Assembly: GCA_963575745.1 (NCBI GenBank)
Contig: CAUYUJ010000094.1
Span: 1 to 64,000, forward strand
Direction: 5' to 3'
Origin: Prorocentrum cordatum
Lineage: Eukaryota
DNA: 64,000 bases
A program made the translations under genes and the position numbers. Positions within the stretch are counted from its first letter, which is position 1, and every line of letters begins with the position of its first letter. The notes beneath the pieces were generated by a model that saw nothing but the letters and a program-made list of their open reading frames with translations, did not search any database and was not told the origin of the DNA. This document shows, piece by piece, positions 52,696 to 63,130 of the stretch.

Positions 52696-53460
52696 TCAGT
52701 CCGAGTCGGCCTCCTCCTCCTCCGCATCGCCCTCCGCCTCCGCTTCCATCTCCTGGAGCTCATCCGCTTCGCAATCCTTGAGTTCGGCGGTGCACCACTT
52801 CGCCGCGGCCGCTTCAGCGTCATCCTTGCTGCAGCCGCGGTTTGTGCGGAACAAGGCCGTCCTGCTGCAACCGCAGTCTGTGCGGACGGCCCGCCAAGCT
52901 TGGAGCCGCTGCACCCAATAGACGCGGGCGCCGCAAGGAACATCGGTCTCGTGGCGCCGCGGGCGCTTCAGCACCGTGCTCGCCTCTGCCGCCTCCGCCG
53001 CCTCCTGAAGCAATTTGGCCTTGATGTACTCTACGCCCTTCTCGTGCAGCACCACCTGCAGCTTGTCCCTCCCCCCCTTATGAGGTGGGGGAATGACAAT
53101 CTGCAGCTCTGTTGCCTCCGTATCGCCAAACGGCGGCAGCTGCACTGTCTTGAAGCACTCGTCGACTGGAACCTGGCGACTGGCGCGGCCGGACCGCGTG
53201 GTCGGGCGGCGGCCTGGCTCCGCTGCAGCGAAGAGCGTCGTCGGCGCCGTTGGCCCCGACGACGCGGTGCGCTGATTTTTCAGCCACGTTAGGAACATCG
53301 TGCCTCGCAAGCCCTGAGCCTTGCCGCACACCCACTTGCTCCAACCTGCGGTGGTCACGGTGATACACTCGCGGTCTCCGATGACCTCGACGGCCGTGAC
53401 CAGCTCGCGCCCCGTACGGTTGTCGTGCAACACGACGCAGTCGCGCTTGATCGTCGTCAT
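52696..53460 (-). CDS. Intact 254-aa protein with C-terminal AP2-like DNA-binding domain and acidic tail
   Basis: aa ~177-223 (nt ~52792-52932) GARVYWVQRLQAWRAVRTDCGCSRTALFRTNRGCSKDDAEAAAAKW follows the ApiAP2 pattern (GVxW...W.A...F...EA...A..W). NLS-like KRPRR precedes it. Confidence 0.7.
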   Translation of the reverse strand: MTTIKRDCVVLHDNRTGRELVTAVEVIGDRECITVTTAGWSKWVCGKAQGLRGTMFLTWLKNQRTASSGPTAPTTLFAAAEPGRRPTTRSGRASRQVPVDECFKTVQLPPFGDTEATELQIVIPPPHKGGRDKLQVVLHEKGVEYIKAKLLQEAAEAAEASTVLKRPRRHETDVPCGARVYWVQRLQAWRAVRTDCGCSRTALFRTNRGCSKDDAEAAAAKWCTAELKDCEADELQEMEAEAEGDAEEEEADSD

Positions 53461-53957
53461 CGCGCGCGCGGCGCGCCGAGGCTGCAGCCCGAGCGCGGTC
53501 GCACTTCAGCGCCAAAATTGCTGCGATGGAGTGATGAGGCAACATGTGCGCGGACGAGGTGCTCATGATGAGGTGCGCTGCAGCGCATGTGAAAGATGAA
53601 GCGAAGAGCAACGATCACATCGAGCACAACAGTAATGACGAAGCCGCTGCAGCGGCATGTCTGTGGGAAAGGCTGATGTCAGCACCAATATTGTACAGTC
53701 GCTGCAGCGACGATGCTGGCGCAACGAATCGTTCCGCGCGCTGCAGCGCCGCGGCAAGTATCGCACTTCGCACCAACCCGCACACTGTTTACACCAATCG
53801 GAGGGCCACGCTCGGTGCCGTCATGTGCGCTCGCCGCTCCTTAAGCCCCCTCATCCTCCTCCCTATACCCAACCTTACCCTGCCTCCTCCTCCTCCTCCT
53901 CCGCATCGCCCCTCCCTCCTGCCTCACCCTCCCGCGTGGTCCCTCTATATCGCCAGC

Positions 53958-56869
53958 TCAGGCCGCCCTGAGCTTCTTGGCTGGCCGCGGCTGCAGCCGC
54001 GGCCACGGCTTCACCACCAGGAAGTCGCCCGCGGACAGGGCGCAAGTGTTATGCATCTGGGGCGCCCCCACCTGCACCTTGTTGACGCCTGTCCCGAACG
54101 TCACGGTCTCCTTTCGGAGCTCCATGCTGGGCTCTGAGTCGGACTTTGCCACCACCCAGAAGGGGATGACAAAGGCGTCGGGGCCCCGCGACCCCTCAGC
54201 GGGGGGCCCTGCGAAATGCGGGCCCACGAAGAACTCGTAGAGGCCAACCTTCCCCAACGAGATGCTCTCCGCAGCGCAGCCCGTGCTGACCCGCGTGGAC
54301 GAGGCCGAAATGCGACCACTCCCACCGCGTGGAGCTACATGGCGCGCAGTCGGTAACATCACTGACCTCGTCGCCACGGCCTGACGTGCCCCGAAATCCT
54401 CGCTGCCCCGTGCTCAGCGCAGCGCTGCAGCGCGGCGTCGTCGGAGGGGGGCGCGGACGATTGCGGAAGCACAAGTCTGACGAGCTCACCCACTTTGAAC
54501 GCTCGCTTGCAGCGCACGGCAGGTGGGTCCTGCAGGATCTCCAAGTGCAAAATGTTCGCCTGGTACTTCAGCGCTTGGAGCCACAGCGCCATGTCGCATG
54601 CCCCCTTGAACGCGCCCATCGCCCAGCCCTCGTGGGCTGGCGGCAAGTGCTCCTTCGTGAACGACAACTGCTCTTGCACCCTGGACGTCAACTTGTAATT
54701 CTCGAGCAATATGTTTACTTCAATCCGCCCGCTCGGCTAACTGCTCCGTGCGCTGCAGCGCATCGACCAACCCATTGCAACTTAAGTACAGGAAATACAA
54801 TATCGCAGTTGCTACCTCCTCCTCCCCCCTCCCTGCTCCCCACGGGCGGCGGGGTGGCTGCAGCCACGCAATGGAGATCTCTTCGCCCACCAGGTCGCCG
54901 TGCAACTTCTTCTGAGCGGTGATCCCATTCTCCGAGATGGAGAGCACCTCGAAGACGTCATCCACCTACTTCTTCTGGACGATGTGCTTCCCCACGTCGA
55001 ACCCTGCACGCCGCGTGCGGAAGACGTTGCTCTTCAACTCAGCGGCCGACGACGCTGCCGAGCGCGGCGCGTCTGCGTCGGCGCTTGCTGGCAACTCGGG
55101 TGCGCCATCGCCTTGCTTGTCGGTCTGCACCGCCTTGCCGAACTCGATCCCCAAGCTCTTCATCTGCAGCTGGGCTGGCTCCCCGAGCTCATGGAGGAAG
55201 ACCTCTCTGGAGGGTCGCTGCAGCGACATTGAATGGCGAAAAGCAGGGAGGGATGGAAACAAGGAGCACACGAAAGGTGGCATGAGAAGATACCTGTGCT
55301 ATATCTGCTACGCATCCGAAAGTGCGGTCTCCTGGCGCTCGCTTCTTCACCAGGTACATGGCACAGCGGACATCCAACTTTGTGATGTGCAAGAAGCCCT
55401 GCTCCGCTCCGATATCCAACCTCTTCGCGAGCGACCTTGCGTCGGCCATGAGGTTGTCGGCCGCAGCCACGTCCGCCTTGCGGGACGCGACGTGGACGAT
55501 CTCGTTTGCCTTGATCCGCCCATCGCTTCAGCGATTGCGTTTGGGAATAAAGCAATGTAACGGTGCGTGTGTGTGTGTGTGTGGGGGGAGGGGGGAGGGG
55601 TGGGTACGCAGTTCTAACAATGCAGCGCAATGCATAGATGCGCTGCAGCGCATGTCACTACAAGGGGGCGCCGACAAGCTTATGGATGGTCCTGCACATG
55701 CTATCCACCACGTGCTCGCCTGAATAGTTGGCCTTCACGAGCGCCGCTACGACATGCGGGTACGACTCCTGGTGCTTCCCCCATTTAATCGAATTCAACT
55801 TGCGCCAGAATTCAGAGCCGCACATCAAAGTTTGCCCCGAGACGTCCACATTCGTGAAGGTCTTGAGGGCTTCATCTATTTCACGGAGAAGTTCTCCGTT
55901 TTGTGGCCCGAGCTCAACAAACTTGCACAAGTCAGCGATCCACGCCTTGCAAGGTGGGTTCGCGTGGCCCGCTTGCTCGGCGATGTCGCGCCAATCGGGC
56001 TTGCTGGAACCCTGAGCGAGGCTGTGTGCCAAGAGCATCCGCCCACCTGCCTGCAGCAAGCGCCGAGCCGATCAAGTGCTGCAGCACGGTAAGATATAAT
56101 GCTCCTGCTCCTCGTTCTCACCTCCTCCCCAACGCACTCCCACTCATCGCCCTCCTCGTGCATCATCCTGGTCCTTACTACATACCGCTATATACTAGAG
56201 TGGGGATAGGCTGCAGCCTGACCGAATGATCTCGGTCTCGTGAACCGCCTCCCTGACGTCGGCGTTCAAAGCCCTCTGCGCGAAGTTCTTGAGGCCCTTC
56301 ACTTTGGCCACCGCGTGCTTGATGATCAACCACGTCAGGCCCTTTTTGACTGCCGTCGCAAGTTGCGGATGCAACGCGCACAGCTTTTCGGAGTCGATGT
56401 TGTCCCGAGAGTCTGCCCGCGCCTTCACTGTGGTCGGCGCCTTGGCCAGCACGCAGCGGAGGAAGACGTTCGTGTGGGAGCCGCCCACTGACGTATACCG
56501 CAATGAGTCCAGCGGGGGGCACCGACCCCCGCTGAGCCGCGAAAGGCGGTCGTTCGCCATCGCGGTCTCTTCCAACTGCGCCCCATGCGGGGCCTCGAAG
56601 GCAGTGGCTGCAGCCGTCTGGGCCAAGACGAAGCCCTGGGCGCAAATCTTCGCGCCTAAATTGTGAGCCCGCGCAGGGTTCACTTACGAACCGCTGCGGT
56701 TCCGAATGTCGATGCCCATCTGGTCCGGTGGGACCTGCTGGTAATACGCTAGCCCCTCCGCCAGCAGGAACTCCTTCAGTTGATCCCACCCCGATGCCAA
56801 CCTCCCCGAGGCATTGCTTTCCTCGATGTACTGCAAGATCTGCTCCTCCTGACGCGCCTGCAGCGCCAT
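53958..56869 (-). pseudogene. Multi-exon ParB/Srx-like N-terminal plus divergent SET-like C-terminal protein with in-frame stops
   Basis: N-terminus VPPDQMGIDIRNRSG*VNPARAHNLGAKICAQGF...SVGGSHTNVFLR is ParB-N-like. C-terminus AVRCKRAFKVGELV...IPFWVVAKSDSEPSM...PQMHNTCALSAGDFLVV resembles SET-N/SET-C. Stops at 56684-56686 and 54966-54968 are followed by in-frame continuation. At least one clean GT..AG intron (DIAQ|VFLHE). Confidence 0.6.
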
Positions 56870-57524
56870 GCCAGCGCTATATATAGCGCCAAATGCAACG
56901 TGCGAGCCCGCGGGCGCGACGGCGGATGCGGCGCGCGGCCGCAGCTTGAGACAAGCTGTCGCGCGGCGTGCGCGTGAACATCGACTTGCATGGACATGCA
57001 ACTTGCGAGCAAAAATGTTGATCTGGGCTGCAGCCCGAGGCCCATGAAGCACGAGCGCGCACGCGCTGCAGCGCGATGCGACATCACGACGACAACCATT
57101 TTTTTGCGCTGCAGCGCAAAGTAACATACGTGCTATCAAATTTGGAGCGCTGCAGCGCTCAATGCGACCATTGAAAAACAACGAATACAACAAAACATAA
57201 TTGACATGTGCATTCAAATTCCTTGCAAACGGAGCTGGGCGAAAATGAAGATCCGAACAACGTGCAACTAGAAAACCATGCATTTAACTCAACATTCAGC
57301 GCTGCAGCGCTTCATCTTCAGCGCACGCAGCGCTTCATGTTCATATAAATCCGAAGGCAGCGCTGCAGCGCTTCTCATATTTAAAGCAAAAATCCAGGAC
57401 ACCGACTCCAAATCAAAATGCAAAATTTGTAGCGCTGCAGCGCTCAACGAACAAACTCAGCTCTTTCAAGACGTGGATTTACCTTTTTTCCCTGTGCATG
57501 GCCCTTGGATAACAAGTGCAATGT

Positions 57525-57748
57525 AACCGCTAAGTCACTTATAACCTACTTAGCAAACTAGCTATAAGCGGTTATAAGTGGTTAGCTAAGTGCGCTAAGC
57601 ACTTAGCTAACTGGTTATAAGTGGATAGCTAAGTACTTACTAAGTCATTACTAAGTGGGCCACTTAGTAATGACTGAGTAAGTACTTAGCTAAGTCCGCT
57701 AACTACTTACTAAGTACTTAACTTAGCGTAGTAAGTATGTTAAGTACT
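57525..57748. repeat. Right subterminal repeat array
   Basis: Units such as TAAGTGGTTAGCTAAG, ACTTAGCTAAC and CTAAGTACTTA, related to the left array. Confidence 0.8.
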
Positions 57749-57771
57749 TAGCAACCGCCGCGGCCATCCAA
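57749..57771 (-). repeat. Right terminal inverted repeat of the 18-kb element
   Basis: TAGCAACCGCCGCGGCCATCCAA. Confidence 0.9.
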
Positions 57772-57814
57772 TTGCCCGGGTGCCCGGGGTGCCCAGAAGT
57801 GCCCGGGGGTGCCT

Positions 57815-58165
57815 AGCCCAATAGCCCTATATCCCTATAGCCCAATAGCCCAATCGCCCTATATCCCTATAGCACTATAACCCTATAGCCCTATAGCCCT
57901 ATAGCCCTATAGCCCGATAGCCCAATAGCCCCATAGCCCTATAGCCCTATAGCCCTATAGCCCTATAGCCCTATGGTCTTAAAGCCCTATAGCCGTATAT
58001 AGCCCTATAGCCCTATAGCCCGAATAGCCTTATAGCCCTTAGCCCTATAGCCCTATAGCCCTATAACCCTACAGCCCTAAAGGCTTCTAGCCCTATATCC
58101 CTATGGCGACATCGCCCTATAACCCTATAGCCCCATAGCCCTAAAGCCCTAAAGCCCCATAGCCC
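57815..58165. repeat. (CCCTATAG)n satellite
   Basis: Degenerate 8-bp tandem repeat. Confidence 0.9.
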
Positions 58166-61100
58166 CCCCCCCAAAAAATTCTGATTGGGTTTTTCTCTGG
58201 TATCATGTGTTTGACTATGTTTGCATACTCCTCCTGTAGAGGGACATTGGCGGCGCGCAGAAGGGGGCGTAGGGAGGGGGGAGGGTTTCTTGGAACGAGG
58301 CTGCTTCTAGAAGGGGTCCCCCCTCCACAATTACTCAATATGAATACTACTCTCCCTCTTCCCCTGATGACGTTTTGAAAGTGCTCGACCCCCCCCGCGT
58401 ACTGTTTTTTTAACACACAGGTTTCCCTCGAGTTGGGTTTTCGCCTGCATCCTTTTCCATGGTAAGGGATGGGAGGGCGGGGTAGGTAGGATGTCAGATA
58501 TGACGCGAGCGCACCTAGCTTGCCCCACCCCCCCTCTGCGCGTGGCCCAACACTCAGGGGGGCGTAAGACCCGGGTACAGGGGACTCGGAAATCCCCGAC
58601 GAGGTCGTCAAAAAAATGACGAGGCCGAGCCTACATTTTGACGAGGCCTCCCGCTGCAGACATCCCACGAAACTCCTCCTCGTCAAAATCCGTGGCGCAG
58701 TCGTCAAAAAACGATGGCGAACCCGAGTCCCGGCAAACCCGGGTCTTACGCTCCCCCGACTCTGCGCGTGGCCCAACACAGGCCCGACTGAATGATCGCG
58801 AGCCGGACCGAGCGCACCGCGGGGGGCCCGCGACCGCGCCCCGCGCCCCGCGCGCCGCACGTGGACCGCCGCCCTCGCTGCCGGAGAGGCGGCCGCGCGG
58901 CTCCTCGCGCAGGGCCATGTAGAGCCGGACGTCCGCGATGCCGTAGCGCTTCGCCTCCGCCCACTCCTCCGGTCGCGCGGCGGGGGGCGCGGGCGCCTCG
59001 TCCTCCTCCTCCTCCTCCTCCTCCTCCTCCGCCGACTCCTTCTTGTCCGAGTCCTTCTCCACCTCCTCCGCATCTGCTTTCCTCGCGCTGTCCTCCTCCT
59101 CCTCCTCCTCCTCCTCCTCCTCCTCCTCCTGCCTCCTGCCTCCTCCTCCTCCTCCTCCTCCTCCTGCTCCTCCTCCTCTTCCTCCTCCCCCGTTTCCGCC
59201 GCCTCCTCCTCCTCCTCCTCCTCCTTCTTCTTGTTCTCCTTGTCCCCCGCGTCCTCCTCCGTTCCTTCTCCTCATGAAAATACTCCCCCCTGTCGCACAC
59301 CGAAGCCGGTCGAAAGGGCGGGCCGGGCGTTTCGCCTGAGACTTCCTTGCTACTTGTGATCCTGAAGCTTGACATGTGCGACAGCTTCACGGATGGAGGG
59401 CGTCGGGTGGTTTTCAAAATGCAGCTCTCGCCTGAGCGCCGTCGCCTTAAAAGCTTGCAGCACTTTCACGGATGGAGAGCGGGTGGGATTCAACATGTGG
59501 CTCTCCCATCAGCGCCCTGCACTTTCGTCTTAAAACATGGCCACCGTTTCGCAGATGGATGGCAATTCCTTTTCAAAATGTGGTCTCGCCGTAACGCCTC
59601 ACACGCGACTTAAACAATTGCAGCAAATTCGCTGCTGGAGGACGGCTCAAGCTCCATTTCAACATGTGGCTCTCGCCTCAGCGACGCGCGCATTTCTTTT
59701 AACAGTTTGCTGCAGTTCCAGGTGCCTCATGTTGAGCATGCCCCCAATCGTGTTTTTGCACGATGCTGGCCTGTCTGTGCGCAACAAGTACGTTGATTCG
59801 TGATGCAGGACGGTCAAGGCGCAGCTGTAATTGTGATTCGCGGCGTTGAAATCCGGAATACGGCGTCATGACACAGTTCAGGGTTTTTAAACAAGCGAGG
59901 CGGGCAGCGAGAGCAGCGGTGCCCATTTGGCATGCAGCGCTCGGCGCCTACCATCAGGGACCCTTCGTTGGTCTCATCGAGGCCCTCCCAACAACGGATG
60001 TTGCTCCAAAGACTCAGTGCCGTGGCAACAACGCTTGAGCCAGGATCGGCAAGTCATGAGGATGATATTTGAGAGTGACAGGGTGAGGATTGCGGCAGCA
60101 GGAGGTCAAGGAACTAGCATGGCATGCCCAACGAACTCATCGACGGCGCCCCTGCAGTCCGTCTCAGAAGCCGACTGCTCGTCAGACTGCTGCCTCAGGA
60201 AGGCATCGGGGCAGAGGCAGAATGACCACATGAGGAATAAAAAAGAAGAATGGAGAATGACCATGAAGATCAATCACGAGAGAACAAGAACAAGAAGAGT
60301 CAGACGGCGCGGACCGTGGGTGGGCGAGGGGCGCAAATTGGTCGCGGGTGGGTCGCGTGGCGGGTCGCGTGATGGGTCGCGGGTGGGTCGCGTGGCGGGT
60401 CGCGGGTGGGTCGCGGTGGGACTACGAGCACCACTAACCACCGAGAAATCCCACCTTGGCCACGCGCCTGGGGACCGTGTGAGACAGCTCTGCTCCATCA
60501 CTCTGATTCGCCAGAATACAAAGAGGTCGTGCCACGCACCAACGAGTTCGGCGGAGGCATTCAGCCCGTCCCTTCTCTTGCCGAAGGTCCCAATCCGCCC
60601 AGATGTCGAAACACGAACCGGGCCATCTCCCGTTCAACTACCACTTACGTGGGGCTTTTGTCGGGTCTGTACGAGGAAGGGCCCCCCCCTCCCCCGAGCC
60701 TCACGCTTGGTCAAGTATACATGTACGTATGTACATATGTTGATACGAAGGCACGATATGTTGTCAAACTAGCTCACCGGTAGAAACAACAGAAACAAAT
60801 ATGGCAACAATGAAATGTATTATGACTGCATTTTGCCATGGTGCCAGGAGGTCCCCCGATGTGCGACCTATGGATACAATATCCGGTGGACGAACAGTCA
60901 ACCATCGCGTGACATAAAATGGCAGCGGAAGCAAAAGAGAGGATAGGAGCATATCATCACTGTGCGATAGGGCGCAAAAGGTACAGAATCGGGATGGAGG
61001 AAGCACGACACCCTCCGCGCGAAAAAGGTCCGACCGCTTCGCGATAAGACCAATCCTGCGCAACGCTCTGCCTGATAACCTTCGCCTTATCACGCTCAAC

Positions 61101-62939
61101 TCTCCGCCGTAGCTGCTCATACTCGCACAACAACATTCGCCTGCCACAACCATCTCAAACGAAAACCACGTGCTGGCCGAAGCCCTGAGTACGGGACGCA
61201 GTCGCACTCTTTCACAAACGACAGTTCTTATAGTTCTCTCGTAAATCGAGCCATTCCTCCCAGCTGTGCGTCCACATTGACTGCTCCAACTCAGACTAAC
61301 CATCGTTGTCAACGCATTTTTCGCGAAATCGTTATTTCAGGGTTGCTGCATGTACAGGACAGGCCGCGAGCATGGAACAGACCTCACATCTGCACTCTAG
61401 CAATGAAGCTTACCCAACAGCTATCGGGCCATATATGGCACTCGGTCAACCATCTTCTGGGCATGGCAGCATCCATACCCTAAGCAGTGCTTGCACTTAT
61501 GGTTTCTTTCTTCTGATCTAAAAAAACTGGGCCTGGGTGGCGCTCTGGCGGCTCCGTCCAAGCCGTCGCCGCCCAGTCGCCGCCTCGTCGCCGCCCGTCG
61601 TCTGGGCCTGCGTTGCGGTCTGGCGGCTCCGTCCAAGCCGTCGCCGCCGCGTCACCGCCCGTCGTCTGGGCCTGGTTGGCGGTCTGGCGGCTCCGTGCTC
61701 GCCGTCGCCGCCTCGTCGCCGCCTACAATGTCATACGATTCTGTCCCATCGTCCATCCTCAATATGAATCCGTATCATCCCAAGCAGGCCGGTATCGACC
61801 AACCCCCGTCATCCTCTGCAAGAAACAACTATCACTCGTTTATCAGCAATCATGAATTATCCAGAATCCATTTCGTAGGTTTTTTATAAAAAGGAGAAAC
61901 GGAACAATGTGCACACGCGCGCGTCGTCGTGCGCGCATGCCGAATTCCTTCACACACCTTCGCTTTAAGATTTCGAAATCGAATGCCCAAAACACATTAA
62001 AAAATGGTTTCGCAACAGGTATGTTCAACAAAAAATTGTTTGCGCGCGCTCTTGCGAGCACCGCGGGTTGTTCAACGCTTTCAAAACAAATGCCACCACA
62101 CAGGCTTCGCGCGCGCACGTCGACATTGTTCGAACGCCCCTGCGCGCGTGCCGTCGTGAGAATCCTGTTTTGCAAAACAAAGCGACGGAATGCACACGCG
62201 CGCGCCGTCGCTCGCGCATGCCGAAATCCTTCAAAAACCTTCCGTTCCGAAGCGATGTCAAGACCGAGTGTCCAAAACAGCATACAAAAACACATGGTTT
62301 CGCAACATCAGTTTTCAAAGAAAGCGTGCGCTCGCGCTCTTGCGCATTCTTAAGAAAACCTTGGGGTCTTTCAGCATGTTCATGAGAGTTTGCCAGACTC
62401 TGGTTCCGCATGCCGGCATCATTCGCACGCCCTTGCGCGCGTGCTGGGGGGGGGGGGGGGGGGGGGCACGATCCGTGTCAAATGAAACCATGCGGACCAC
62501 TCTCGCGCGTCGGCCTCGCGCGCATGTCGAAACCTCTTTATCACCGACGCGAGGACGCCGTCATCGTCGTCGGCTTGATCAGCATCGGCGCCCGCACTGG
62601 CCGCGCCTTCGTCGGTGCGAACATCGCCACCAGCATCGCTACCATCATCATTGTGTCTACTGGTGTCGGCGTTGCTATGATACCGCGCCGACCCAAGTCA
62701 CCGACTCGCCGTGAAGTGCCCGCGGGGATGCGCCTAGCGGTCAGCGCCACCGCGGCCGCGCCGGCGGCGCTAAATTAGCTGGCCGTTGCGCGCGCTAGGG
62801 TCGGCGCGGCCGCAGAGATGCACCAATTAACGCCAAGCATGCGTCGCAATCGCCACCGCATGGGTTTTGCAAACCAAGCTGCGGGTGGGTGGGTGAGGTG
62901 TTTGCAAGAGCGTGGGATGTGTCAATTCGTTTGTTCAGA

Positions 62940-63130
62940 TTAATTGCACCACATAGAAGGTGCCACATATATTGCACCACATAGGCAGCGCCACACAAAT
63001 TGCACCACGTCGATTGTACCACAGAGACCCACCGAGTGCACCACCATCACCACAACAAAGGGCGCACCGCAGAAACTGGTACACGAATATGGTACAATGC
63101 ATAGATTGCACCGCATATGATGCACCAGAT
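62940..63130. repeat. (ATTGCACCAC)-type minisatellite
   Basis: Repeated TTGCACCAC/TGTACCAC units. Confidence 0.7.

Larger units (their letters stand above)
39700..57771 (-). mobile_element. ~18-kb multigene DNA transposon, CMC/CACTA-like, probably decayed
   Basis: 23-bp TIRs, 22/23 identical (TTGGATGGCCGCGGCGGYTGCTA at 39700-39722 and 57749-57771). AT-rich subterminal repeats lie inside both ends. It splits a same-orientation (GGGTGCCC)n tract. The flanks GTGC/TTGC fit a 2-4 bp TSD with one substitution. It encodes a DDE transposase-like gene. Confidence 0.85.

Noticed and set aside
47382..56686. Stop-codon reassignment explaining in-frame TAA/TAG in element genes
   Set aside because: There are only a few isolated stops and the kinesin ends at a normal TAA; pseudogenisation of this copy is simpler.
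41588..57444. GCTGCAGC copies as mere splice acceptors (CTGCAG)
   Set aside because: They far outnumber the introns, many are intergenic or exonic, and the clean acceptors identified (43683, 45055) do not use them.
57815..58165. Telomere or telomeric junction
   Set aside because: The unit is CCCTATAG rather than CCCTAAA, it is degenerate, and it is internal to ordinary sequence.
59760..61480. Coding remnant (retroelement or gene) in complex sequence
   Set aside because: No RT, integrase or other motif is recognisable in any frame; it would need a translated search.
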